47,449 nt of DNA from Pseudomonadota bacterium (GTDB taxonomy: Bacteria; Pseudomonadota; Alphaproteobacteria; Caulobacterales; Hyphomonadaceae). Positions 38,124-46,570 of this stretch are shown here, one piece after another. The stretch spans positions 1 through 47,449 of the forward strand of contig JBCBYJ010000001.1 of the NCBI GenBank assembly GCA_039815905.1, read 5' to 3'. The notes beneath the pieces are model-generated. The model had not been told where the DNA came from and ran no database searches. It was given only the letters and a program-made list of their open reading frames with translations. Each line of letters starts with the position of its first letter. The first letter of the stretch is position 1. The position numbers and the translations under genes were made by a program.

Positions 38124-39965
38124 TTAGTTCTCCTCTTCAATAACACCGTCATCGATGAAGGCTGCTTTGAGCCCCATCACACGGTCGAGACGCACATAAA
38201 CGCCTCTCATCTGTCGGCCATCGACGTAGTATTTCTCACCGGTGGACACGACGGCCGGATCCCCGGCCTTGAGCGCGCCAGACCAGCCGCCAGGCGCGTT
38301 CGCCTTGCCGGGCCAGTCTGTGCCCTCATAGATTTTTGAAAGCTGCGGGTGAGCATTTGGGATAAAGAGCTCCCAGCCATGCTTGCCGCCATCTCTGACC
38401 GCCACCCCGCCGAGCGCGAGCATATTGTTCAGCCGGCGCACCTCTTCACGAGTGGTCGCGACGCCATGCTGCATGTCGTCGACAAATTCTTGATACGCCC
38501 CGCCGATCGAGGGCGCCGATCCGCCCACTTTCCAATCGCGCGGCCGCGAGCTCAAAAGGTGGTGAATGCAGGCTAACCAGTTTGGTGTACGGTCAGCATA
38601 TTCAGGCATTTGCGCCGGCTCGAGGCCGCGCCAAACCTCTTCCACATGGGGATCATCATCAGGGTGCTGAGGATCCAAAAAACCGCGCTCAGCGAGCACG
38701 AGATCTGCGCAGGCGAGCAAGGTTCCGAACGTATCTTGTCCGCGCCGATCGTGCTCAAGACGTGCGAGCGCGCTTTGATAGAGAGCGAGCGTCTCATCGA
38801 ACCGGTCCCACCGATCCATGCACACACGCAAGATCTCCTCGCCCCAATGGGCCGCATCGGCCGGCGACCAGAAAGCCCCCTCAGCGCCGGCGCGCTGCGG
38901 GAAGAGCTGCAGCTGCACCATGCGAGACATGTCCTGGTCTTTGAGCGGCGCCATATTGATTGATGAAAACATGAAGCTCGAGCGCGCCTTGAAGCTCACC
39001 CCCGCATGTCCGGCTGATCCGCGCAGCCGCGCATCACCGCTGGCCGCCTCACGCGCAAGCTCAATCATCGCATCGAGCTTGCGATTGTCTGATCCACTTT
39101 CTTGCTCATCGAGCGACACCGCGATCGAGTCATATTCGAGATGCTGGAAGACGCCGGCCGACGTCGCATCGGCCGCATTGAGCGACCAGCCGCGCATGAT
39201 CTCGCGTCGCAACTGCTGCAAGTAAGATTTACCCGTGCCGGCCTCGCCCGTGATCCATCCAGACGGGCGCCAGCGCAGCGCCCCGCCGAGAAAACCGGCC
39301 ACCATCAGTCCAAAGAAAAAACGGGCATCGAGCGGGCCCCGGCGCCAATTCCAAGTCAGCAATCGATTGTAGATCTGCCAGCCGGCCGAGTCAGGATCCT
39401 GAGCGCGCGGGATCCGCGCATGACCGGGTATGGGTTTAGCGATGCGCGAGCGCGCCGGATAGACGTAGCGATCGTCAACACCGGGCACATCAATCTTGTC
39501 CCTAGAGATCAGCTTGTCACCGCAATGATAGACAAGCGAGCCATCCTCACGGCGCCACGCGCCGCGCCCGCGCACCGAGTCCATATCATCCCAAATGCCG
39601 CGCTCCGCGCAGGCCCTCTGTAGCGACGACATGACGTCTTCTGGGCTAAACTTGTTGATGTCGCCTTTGGCCGAATATCGCGGCCAATAGGTCTGCAAAT
39701 AAAGCACATCGCCGGCGAAATATTGGCTGAGATGGCTCATCCCGAGCTCACGCGGGCCTGCAACAGTTAGCTGGTCGAGTGCATCAAGAAAGACACATCG
39801 TGCGCCAAGAATACCCACAGGGCGCACCGGACAGTTCGGCGGCAGGTTCCCCTCCCACATGGGCGGGCCGCCATTGTCTGAGCCTCTATAGCCGGACGGT
39901 TTCGGCTTGACCGGCTCGGCCGCTTTCACGGCCGCGCGCACGCCCTCGGTGTTAACTCGGGGCAT
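38124..39965 (-). CDS. P-loop ATPase, putative replicative helicase
   Basis: Walker A GEAGTGKS, Walker B SLDEQE, QDMSR; GGAGG before ATG 39965. Confidence 0.82.
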   Translation of the reverse strand: MPRVNTEGVRAAVKAAEPVKPKPSGYRGSDNGGPPMWEGNLPPNCPVRPVGILGARCVFLDALDQLTVAGPRELGMSHLSQYFAGDVLYLQTYWPRYSAKGDINKFSPEDVMSSLQRACAERGIWDDMDSVRGRGAWRREDGSLVYHCGDKLISRDKIDVPGVDDRYVYPARSRIAKPIPGHARIPRAQDPDSAGWQIYNRLLTWNWRRGPLDARFFFGLMVAGFLGGALRWRPSGWITGEAGTGKSYLQQLRREIMRGWSLNAADATSAGVFQHLEYDSIAVSLDEQESGSDNRKLDAMIELAREAASGDARLRGSAGHAGVSFKARSSFMFSSINMAPLKDQDMSRMVQLQLFPQRAGAEGAFWSPADAAHWGEEILRVCMDRWDRFDETLALYQSALARLEHDRRGQDTFGTLLACADLVLAERGFLDPQHPDDDPHVEEVWRGLEPAQMPEYADRTPNWLACIHHLLSSRPRDWKVGGSAPSIGGAYQEFVDDMQHGVATTREEVRRLNNMLALGGVAVRDGGKHGWELFIPNAHPQLSKIYEGTDWPGKANAPGGWSGALKAGDPAVVSTGEKYYVDGRQMRGVYVRLDRVMGLKAAFIDDGVIEEEN

Positions 39966-40128
39966 CCGCCCCTCCTTGATGCTTTGCGACAATGGTGGCG
40001 GCGCGGCGGCACTCGCCGAGCGCGATCGTTAGGCGATCGTTTCGTATGTGATTGGCCGCTCTGGTCATGAACCAGAACGAGATGCCGGCGCCGATCAGCC
40101 AGGCAGCCAGGACTGCGAGAAACCTCAT
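39952..40128 (-). CDS. Small membrane protein (58 aa)
   Basis: MRFLAVLAAWLIGAGISFWF; ATGA overlap with upstream ORF. Confidence 0.6.
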   Translation of the reverse strand: MRFLAVLAAWLIGAGISFWFMTRAANHIRNDRLTIALGECRRAATIVAKHQGGADAPS

Positions 40129-40274
40129 GACGGATCTCGATTCTCGATCGCCTCTAGAATGCCGGCGGTACAGACTAAAACGACGCCAATAATCAGACAT
40201 GTGTCGTCCCAGGCACCCGAGACGCCAACGACAAAGCAGATCAAACCTAACGAGAAATAGACGTACTTAGCCAT
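40125..40274 (-). CDS. Small 2-TM protein (49 aa, absent from ORF track)
   Basis: MAKYVYFSLGLICFVVGVSGAWDDTCLIIGVVLVCTAGILEAIENRDPS; TAATG and ATGA overlaps at its two ends. Confidence 0.62.
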   Translation of the reverse strand: MAKYVYFSLGLICFVVGVSGAWDDTCLIIGVVLVCTAGILEAIENRDPS

Positions 40275-40372
40275 TACGAGCCCGCCAAAAACGAAAGGCC
40301 GATGATGACCGCGACAGCAGCGCCCATGAACACAAGGCTGATTGTCAAAATTGGAAAACGTGCGTGCTTCAT
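40274..40372 (-). CDS. Small membrane peptide (32 aa)
   Basis: MKHARFPILTISLVFMGAAVAVIIGLSFLAGS; GAGG RBS, ATGA overlap. Confidence 0.55.
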   Translation of the reverse strand: MKHARFPILTISLVFMGAAVAVIIGLSFLAGS

Positions 40373-40677
40373 ATCACTGCCCTCGATCCATACCCTACGA
40401 CTTGAAATGCGAGCTCGAACGCCGCTGCCGGCAGATAGAGCTCGTTGAGATCCACGCGCCTGATCCAATACCCGCCAGGCTCTGGCCGGTAATGATCGAC
40501 CCAAGCCTGGCCGATCCGATAAGGCGCGTATTGAACGTCATCGAACAGGAGGACATCATTTCGGACCGCCGCAATGCGCAGCGCCCACACCTCTTCACGC
40601 GAGCGATAACGAGGCAGAGCTCGCACTCTACGCCGCCCTCCATGCGGGGAAATGATGACCTCCTGCCGACTCAGCAT
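40369..40677 (-). CDS. Conserved small phage protein (PGGY..Y.P..AF family)
   Basis: LPRYRSREEVWALRI...W...RPEPGGYWI...YLPAAAFE. Confidence 0.7.
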   Translation of the reverse strand: MLSRQEVIISPHGGRRRVRALPRYRSREEVWALRIAAVRNDVLLFDDVQYAPYRIGQAWVDHYRPEPGGYWIRRVDLNELYLPAAAFELAFQVVGYGSRAVI

Positions 40678-40679
40678 GG

Positions 40680-41807
40680 CTAGGCCTGATCGCGCTCTTG
40701 TTTTGCCGCGCGACGTGCCGCCTTGCGTTCCTGGGTCTTCCTGACCTTGGCCTGGCGCGCCGCCTCTTGCTGCAACAGCTTTGGCCGCGCTTTGCGTTTT
40801 TTAAGGCGCTTCTCACGCTGCTTTGCGAGCCGCGAGCGAAGCTCCCGGCCTTGCACGCTCCGCTCAACGACGGCGAGCGCGCGATCGTACGCGCTGCGAG
40901 ACTTGAACGCCTCACTGCACATCGCTTCGCCAACAGCATTGAAGACGCTCAGCCAGGCCCGCAAGTCGCGATCGACGTCGATAAAATTCTCACCTGCCGT
41001 CACCGGATTATCGAGCATCTCGCGCATCTGACGCCAAAGGGCGTCGGGCCCAGGCCAATGCTGCTCTTTGCCAAAGAGAAACAGCATCTCATTGAGATCT
41101 GCAGACTCTTCAGCCTCGCCCTTCTCGCTCACAGCCGCATAGGCAGCCGCGATCGTGATGTCATATGCCTCCTGATAGGTAACATCTGGCCCTGTATCGA
41201 GATCATGCTCTTCAAGATCTTGCTCGCTGAGGCAGCTTGGGATGAGCACGGTGTCGAGATCGGTGACGAACGGCCCGAGCATCTCTTCATCATCGTCATC
41301 CTCGCTTGGAGGCGAGGCGGCCGCCGACAGAGATTGAGCTTCCTGCAATTCAGACTCTGGATCTTCTTCCTCGTCTTCATCGACATCGAAACCGTCATCT
41401 TCATCTTCGTCGTCGTCCTCGTCGAGGTCAGCCTCATCGGCGAGAAGTTTCCGATCGACCTCATCGAGAGCATCTTTGAACGCCTCGACTTGGACCGTGT
41501 CAGCGAGGCGTAAATATCCACCCGTTTGAGCGTCATAGACGGCGCGGCTGTCCAGAATGACGAACTCACTCTCACCGCTTACAAAGCTGCCTCGCTGTAC
41601 TGCCTGACCGGCCAAGACCATGTTTTTGAGCTGCCCGATCGGCAAAAAGGCTGCGACCTCTGGCGGCCTGTGAGACTTCACGTTTGGATCCGTGGTCGGC
41701 AGACCGCCCGTTTCAACCGGGCCCGCTTGATCCGCCATTTCCACGCCTTCCGTTTCCGCATTTGTGGTCGGCGGTTCGACCGTTTCCGTCTCGGCATTCA
41801 TGCTCAT
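40680..41807 (-). CDS. Highly acidic protein with basic C-terminal tail
   Basis: Long D/E tracts (DEDDDEDEDDGFDVDEDEEEDPE); K/R-rich last ~60 aa. Confidence 0.8.
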   Translation of the reverse strand: MSMNAETETVEPPTTNAETEGVEMADQAGPVETGGLPTTDPNVKSHRPPEVAAFLPIGQLKNMVLAGQAVQRGSFVSGESEFVILDSRAVYDAQTGGYLRLADTVQVEAFKDALDEVDRKLLADEADLDEDDDEDEDDGFDVDEDEEEDPESELQEAQSLSAAASPPSEDDDDEEMLGPFVTDLDTVLIPSCLSEQDLEEHDLDTGPDVTYQEAYDITIAAAYAAVSEKGEAEESADLNEMLFLFGKEQHWPGPDALWRQMREMLDNPVTAGENFIDVDRDLRAWLSVFNAVGEAMCSEAFKSRSAYDRALAVVERSVQGRELRSRLAKQREKRLKKRKARPKLLQQEAARQAKVRKTQERKAARRAAKQERDQA

Positions 41808-42916
41808 CTCCTTCTCTGTTTGAGCAAATCATTGGCGTCTTTCACGCCGTCCCCCGCCGCCCGTGTGAGGCGCACTGGTCCCATTGCAGACAATCGATCG
41901 ACCGCGCGCTCGAGGAGCTGCTGCGGGCCGGGCTTATCCCAGTCATTATCTGCAAAAATCACAATCTCGCTCGCCACGGCCGGCCAGGCCATGGAGCGTA
42001 AATTCGAAAGCGAACCGAGCGCCCAAATCCGGTGCTCTGGCACCGACACAGCGATCGAGAGCGCGTCTTCAATGCCCTCGCATACGACCACGGGCTCTGA
42101 GAGCCCCTTCTCGATCGCGGCGCGCTCAGAAAGCCCACTATCGCCCCGCCAAATCTTGACCGCGCAGCCCCCGATCGGGCCCATCATCCGCTTGGCTTCA
42201 GGCACGATCGCTTTGCCAACACCGTCGCGGGCAAGATATGTGCGATGGATCCCGCCGGCGACGCGCTCGGTTTCAGTTTTGCCGATGATCGGCGCCATGC
42301 TGGCCACCATGGCCGGGTGGACGCTCTCGCCCGTTTTGGGGCGATAGGGTTTGAGGCCATCCTCGACGGCGCTGATCTCCGGCCAGCGATATTTGAGCGC
42401 GGGATGACACCGGATCGCGCCGATCGGCTTTTTCTTATCGAGCCAGCCGATCGGGATCTCGCGCGCGGTTTCCAAATAGATCCAGGCTTTGTCGCCGCGC
42501 TCGAGGGGCGCCGCTTCTAGCCACACCGATTTGGCGTACTTCATCCGCGAGCGGTCTCGAGCGGCCGCTTGGGCCTTCTGCGCACGCTCAACCTCGCGGG
42601 CCTCCGCCTTGACCGCCTCGACCTTCGCCGGCGGCGCATTGTCGAGACCGAGATACCCTTTGGCGAAGGCGAGCGCTTCTTTGCGATCGCGGGCCTGGCC
42701 GGCAAAGACAACCAGGTCGAAAATATCCCCGCGCGCCTCGCTCGCCCAGGCCTTGAACGCGCCGGCCGCCCCGCCCTTCAGCCAGATGGTGAGATTGTCA
42801 TGTCCGCCGGCAGGATCATTTGCCTGCCAATACCCGCCATGGCTCTTCCCGTTCGGAAAGAAGCCGCGCGCCAAATCAAACGCCCTTTGCTGAAAGAGCG
42901 GTTTGACATCGGCCAT
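41804..42916 (-). CDS. DNA primase, TOPRIM domain (start 42916 ATG or 42946 TTG)
   Basis: GIHRTYL, VVVCEGIEDALS, IFADND, KDANDLL. Confidence 0.88.
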   Translation of the reverse strand: MADVKPLFQQRAFDLARGFFPNGKSHGGYWQANDPAGGHDNLTIWLKGGAAGAFKAWASEARGDIFDLVVFAGQARDRKEALAFAKGYLGLDNAPPAKVEAVKAEAREVERAQKAQAAARDRSRMKYAKSVWLEAAPLERGDKAWIYLETAREIPIGWLDKKKPIGAIRCHPALKYRWPEISAVEDGLKPYRPKTGESVHPAMVASMAPIIGKTETERVAGGIHRTYLARDGVGKAIVPEAKRMMGPIGGCAVKIWRGDSGLSERAAIEKGLSEPVVVCEGIEDALSIAVSVPEHRIWALGSLSNLRSMAWPAVASEIVIFADNDWDKPGPQQLLERAVDRLSAMGPVRLTRAAGDGVKDANDLLKQRRR

Positions 42917-42947
42917 ACCAAGACGGGGAGTGCGGACCTCGCTCAAC

Positions 42948-43424
42948 TCAGGCGGCCTTCTTGGCAGCTTGGCTGCGCGCAATCTCAGTGTGGAACTCAC
43001 AATACGGACTGCCTGGCGCGGCCTTGCAGCCGCAGAAGCCGGCATGCTCACCATCGTCCGTATCGAACGGCCAGCGGCAGACCCCGCCCTCAAGCTCATC
43101 GAGCGAAAGGATCATGACATCTTTCGGGCAAATGAAGGCGACGCGCATCCGCTCAGCCATTGAGCGCGGGCGCTGAGCGACCTCGCGGCCGGACCCGGTT
43201 AGGTTTTTTGGGCCCTTTGGAAAAATTCCGCGCGGGCCGTTTTTGCCATTCTGAACATCGCCGCGCGGCCCGTGCAGCCGGTTCATTTTTCCAATGACGG
43301 CGCTGCGGCTTTTCCGGAAGCCAAGCGATGCCAGCGCCCTCTGAACCTCAGCGACCGAATGCCCCGATCGCCAAAGCTCGGTTGCACGCTCTATCATATC
43401 TTCTGGCCAATCTGGTCTGCTCAT
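42948..43424 (-). CDS. gcrA: GcrA-family cell-cycle regulator (phage-encoded)
   Basis: W......LW..G.S..E.......SRSAVIGKMNRL N-domain; LDELEGGVCRWP...FCG......PYCEFH C-domain. Confidence 0.9.
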   Translation of the reverse strand: MSRPDWPEDMIERATELWRSGHSVAEVQRALASLGFRKSRSAVIGKMNRLHGPRGDVQNGKNGPRGIFPKGPKNLTGSGREVAQRPRSMAERMRVAFICPKDVMILSLDELEGGVCRWPFDTDDGEHAGFCGCKAAPGSPYCEFHTEIARSQAAKKAA

Positions 43425-43741
43425 TTGCTTTGCCCCTCTTTTAGTTTTTCGGTGAGCGCCCACATGCGCCGATCAAATTCTGGATCCTGATCGCGCCGAT
43501 CCCAGACGAGCTGGTGACGCACTGATACCAATTGCCGCGAGCACCCGAGCGCGGACGCCAAGGCCGCCTGGCGCAGCCCGCAGGCCTCGAGCGCGAGATG
43601 CATGGCGACGGCTTCGCGCCGGCGCCGATCGGTGCGGCGCTCGGTGCGGTAGAGCTCGAGATCTACAATCTCCGCCTCAACGGATTTGAAGATGGCAACG
43701 GCATGAAGATCGCGGCCCGGCCGCTTCGGAGAAACCGGCAT
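43421..43741 (-). CDS. DnaA domain IV-like HTH protein
   Basis: RREAVAMHLA......AALASALGCSRQLV.......DRRDQDPEFD parallels DnaA C-terminal RQIAMYL...IG..F.RDHTTV. Confidence 0.65.
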   Translation of the reverse strand: MPVSPKRPGRDLHAVAIFKSVEAEIVDLELYRTERRTDRRRREAVAMHLALEACGLRQAALASALGCSRQLVSVRHQLVWDRRDQDPEFDRRMWALTEKLKEGQSK

Positions 43742-44047
43742 CTAGACCCCCACAGATGCAGAATAAGTGGGCCTCTCAATGAACCGGCCTCGCCAGGCGG
43801 CCTCGGTCAGCTGCCGGAGGATCCGCGCCCACCGCGTACACTCGCGCTGTTCGGTCTCATAGGTCCGGCGCAGCGCCTGCAAGAGCATCGCGCCCATTTC
43901 AGGATCGCGCGGACACATCTTTTTTGCGGCAAAAACGGGCTGCGAGCAAAGAAACCTCGCGCACACTTCTGCGCGCAGCTGCGGATTGTTCGGCGCCAGC
44001 CCAAAATCAGCGAGCAAATCGGCGGTGTTGAGGTCAGCTGTGTTCAT
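43742..44047 (-). CDS. Hypothetical protein
   Basis: 101 aa, coupled to both neighbours. Confidence 0.65.
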   Translation of the reverse strand: MNTADLNTADLLADFGLAPNNPQLRAEVCARFLCSQPVFAAKKMCPRDPEMGAMLLQALRRTYETEQRECTRWARILRQLTEAAWRGRFIERPTYSASVGV

Positions 44048-44553
44048 GACGCCGCCCCAATCGCTCTTAGGGCCTTGTCTGTGAGCTCGAAGATCGGCTC
44101 GCTATACTTGCAGGGGCCCGACGGACCGCAGCGCGGGCAGCTTGGCGCGCTGTCGCTGCAGCCAAAAAGCACAACCAGCGGCACGCCTGCGAGGTATTGA
44201 CCGAGCGTCTCCGGATCCGGAACGCGAAGGGTTGAATTGTAAACTTTGCTGCGGCGCGGAGAGATCGCTTCTGGCAGCGCCCTCCTAATCTTCGTCAGCA
44301 CAACATTGAGCGTCGGGACATTGAAGTTCGGATAATCGAGCTCGATTTTTCGGGCGATCTGGGTGCGGTTGTAAATGCCTTTGTGAACAAGCCTGAGCAC
44401 GCGAGTTTGTTGAAGCGTGAGGGGCCATCTGAGCTGATCCCACTCGTCCGAGGCGGCCGCTTTGCGCAGATCCTCGTTCAATTGTCGCAAATGCTCGTTT
44501 TCTTCCTCGAGCGTCTCAATTCGAGAGACGTACGGACGAACTGATCCTGTCAT
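44044..44553 (-). CDS. Receiver-less OmpR/CtrA-type winged-helix protein with coiled coil and Cys-rich tail
   Basis: LTLQQTRVLRLV...TLNVVLTKIRRAL resembles trans_reg_C; GGGAGGG RBS; C-terminal CPRC..C. Confidence 0.62.
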   Translation of the reverse strand: MTGSVRPYVSRIETLEEENEHLRQLNEDLRKAAASDEWDQLRWPLTLQQTRVLRLVHKGIYNRTQIARKIELDYPNFNVPTLNVVLTKIRRALPEAISPRRSKVYNSTLRVPDPETLGQYLAGVPLVVLFGCSDSAPSCPRCGPSGPCKYSEPIFELTDKALRAIGAAS

Positions 44554-44583
44554 AATGCCCTCCCCTGGATTGGAAAAATCAGC

Positions 44584-44832
44584 TCAACACGCGACCTCAA
44601 CGGATGGCCGAATGATGATGATGTCTGAGAAATTGCCTGCGTGAACCGCTCCGTTTGAGAGCTGTCGCAAGCGATCAGCCGGCTTTGGCCGAGGGCTACG
44701 GTGAGCCTTTGATGTTGGTGGCTGACAATACCGCCAGGCGGCTTGCTGACTAACCTCGAGACGCCGACCGAATTCCTCGAACGTCCACCCCATCAACTCC
44801 CTGTAGAAATCTATGCGAGTCGTTTCTTGCAT
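44584..44832 (-). CDS. Cro-like HTH regulator
   Basis: WTFEEFGRRLEVSQQAAWRY HTH, R.P.P motif; divergent from repressor. Confidence 0.82.
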   Translation of the reverse strand: MQETTRIDFYRELMGWTFEEFGRRLEVSQQAAWRYCQPPTSKAHRSPRPKPADRLRQLSNGAVHAGNFSDIIIIRPSVEVAC

Positions 44833-44847
44833 CTAAAGATCCCGAAT

Positions 44848-44911
44848 AACACCGTTTTGGTTTATTTTGGATCTTCGAAACTAGACACTTTGTCAACACC
44901 AAACAGGTGTT
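44848..44911. promoter_or_regulatory. Two operators between cro and repressor
   Basis: AACACC-GTTTT-GGTTTA (44848-44864) and perfect-arm AACACC-AAACA-GGTGTT (44895-44911), the latter overlapping a minus-strand TTGACA (44896-44891). Confidence 0.7.
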
Positions 44912-44964
44912 TTTAAGCCTCTTTGGCCGTTAGCCTAAAAGACGTTCGGTGCGATAAGGGATCG

Positions 44965-45336
44965 ATGGCACGATCACTCTCAACCAATAAACCGATATCA
45001 GAGCTTGAAACGCCAGGAGCGCGCCTGAAACGCATAAGGGAAAGCAGCGGCCTGACGCAGGAGGAGCTAGGTGATCAGCTCGGTTGCACGCAGCAGACCG
45101 TGTTTCGCTACGAATCTGGTAGCAGAAAACTCAGCATTTCTGTTCTTCTGGAACTAAGCTCAATATTTGGGGTTCCGCCCGCATTTTTTATTCCGGATGG
45201 TGACGGCCTGACTGATGAAGAACGCGAACTCATTCAGTGGTTGCGCGATCATCCGCGAGAAAGCGCCGTAGTTAAATCGACACTCAGGTCATTAAAGGAC
45301 ACGTACTCTAGCAATGGTAATGGAGTTCCTGAATAG
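44965..45336 (+). CDS. XRE-family prophage repressor (no S24 peptidase domain)
   Basis: RLKRIRESSGLTQEELGDQLGCTQQTVFRYESG HTH; short C-terminal helix pair. Confidence 0.85.
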   Translation: MARSLSTNKPISELETPGARLKRIRESSGLTQEELGDQLGCTQQTVFRYESGSRKLSISVLLELSSIFGVPPAFFIPDGDGLTDEERELIQWLRDHPRESAVVKSTLRSLKDTYSSNGNGVPE

Positions 45337-45655
45337 TGATTTCGCCTTCCCAATAGGCACAATGATCGGACTAGTTTGGGGCCTTTTCCTCATGTCCGGC
45401 CTCGGTTTCGCTGGTTACATCATGATTCGAACCTTCGACAGGTTCGAGCCGCCGAGAGATCCCGACGACGAGATCAGCAAACAAGCCAAGAAGACAGACG
45501 GCTTATCTTTGTGGCCGTGGCAGTGGCAAGTGGTCGCCCTCATTATGGGCGGTCTTGGGATTTATCTTTTGCCTACCGCGCAAAACTTAGATCCTAGCGC
45601 CGAGTTGGCTGTGGCAGCTGTGATTTACTATGTGGTGGTTCTCAGAATTCTATAA
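45320..45655 (+). CDS. Membrane protein co-transcribed with repressor
   Basis: Three hydrophobic helices; overlaps repressor 3' end. Confidence 0.7.
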   Translation: MEFLNSDFAFPIGTMIGLVWGLFLMSGLGFAGYIMIRTFDRFEPPRDPDDEISKQAKKTDGLSLWPWQWQVVALIMGGLGIYLLPTAQNLDPSAELAVAAVIYYVVVLRIL

Positions 45656-45709
45656 CACCATATTGGTTTAGTTTTATTATTGACTGATTATGACCAATTT
45701 GGTTATAAG
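45654..45709 (+). promoter_or_regulatory. Early rightward promoter with two operators
   Basis: AACACC-ATATT-GGTTTA (45654-45670); TTGACT (45680-45685) ... TATAAG (45704-45709) with ATGACC-AATTT-GGTTAT (45690-45706) in the spacer. Confidence 0.72.
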
Positions 45710-45733
45710 AGTGCGCGATTTGGAGATCAGCGC

Positions 45734-45961
45734 ATGGCCGGAACACCGAGCAAACGCTCAACCCAAAAGAAAACCTCCCCCAAGAAACCGGTCGAAAAAA
45801 CCGGTTTGCCGGCTTGCCAGACCTGCCCTGCTTTTACCGAGCGAAAGACCCTTCAATCGCCCACAAACACTGGCCTCTGCGCCAGGGATCCAAAACGTGT
45901 CACGGTCGGCTTGCTCCATTGGTGCGCATCACATCCAGAGTTCAGCTGGGGATCCAAATGA
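45734..45961 (+). CDS. Small Cys-rich (zinc-binding) protein
   Basis: GGAG RBS; CQTC...GLC...WC..H. Confidence 0.7.
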   Translation: MAGTPSKRSTQKKTSPKKPVEKTGLPACQTCPAFTERKTLQSPTNTGLCARDPKRVTVGLLHWCASHPEFSWGSK

Positions 45962-46308
45962 GCGATCTCCTATCAACCGGCCCGATGAACGCCGAGGAGG
46001 TTGCGCGGATCTGTTTCGGCATGAAAGCGGATTGGCTGTATCGCGCCAGGAAGTCGCTTGAAGAGACCGGCTTCCCCCCGCCGATCAACATGCCGCCGGC
46101 CCGCCGTTCAAAATACAAAGATGGCACTGAGCGCGGCCGGCTGATGTGGTCGCGCGAGGCGATTATCGCCTGGAAGCGCCAGCAAGTTCCAAACGAGCTT
46201 CGCCCTAATGTTGGGCTGCCGATGGCGGCCGCAAATGACGCGATCGAGAGCATCGAAGATGAGGGCCGCGCTCAGGCAGAGCGCAAGATCGAGACGAGGT
46301 TCCTATGA
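45958..46308 (+). CDS. Excisionase/AlpA-like winged-helix protein
   Basis: AEEVA..FG...WLY......GFPPP...LMWSREAIIAW. Confidence 0.72.
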   Translation: MSDLLSTGPMNAEEVARICFGMKADWLYRARKSLEETGFPPPINMPPARRSKYKDGTERGRLMWSREAIIAWKRQQVPNELRPNVGLPMAAANDAIESIEDEGRAQAERKIETRFL

Positions 46309-46547
46309 GCGATCCACTGGGGTTTGCACTTGCTGGCGACGAGGCCTTTTTTGAGGCTCTCGAAATGGCAGATCACGGCACGTGGGAGATACTATGCTCA
46401 TGCTGCCACACCGCCTATGGCGCGCGCTGGGAGGAGCTCCACCCTCAAAACGCGATGTGCCCGAACTGCGGCGACACCGAAGGCTGTTTGAGCTCGCCCG
46501 CGATCGGCCACTATGAGGACGCACAAAAAAATCCCCCGCGCCGGTGA
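46305..46547 (+). CDS. Small zinc-ribbon protein
   Basis: CSCC...CPNCG; ATGA overlap with upstream gene. Confidence 0.6.
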   Translation: MSDPLGFALAGDEAFFEALEMADHGTWEILCSCCHTAYGARWEELHPQNAMCPNCGDTEGCLSSPAIGHYEDAQKNPPRR

Positions 46548-46561
46548 AGGCGCGGGGGATT
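46525..46561 (-). terminator. Rho-independent terminator of the minus-strand moron gene (possibly bidirectional)
   Basis: 13-bp perfect stem AATCCCCCGCGCC / GGCGCGGGGGATT with 6-nt loop; A7 run at 46525-46531. Confidence 0.82.
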
Positions 46562-46570
46562 GATTTGGTG

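Noticed and set aside
29313-44047. Genome-wide TAG recoding (in-frame TAG junctions at 29313 and 43742)
   Set aside because: Long genes are open in the standard code, several genes end normally at TAG, and in-frame stop-start junctions also occur with TAA (38124) and TGA (34555)
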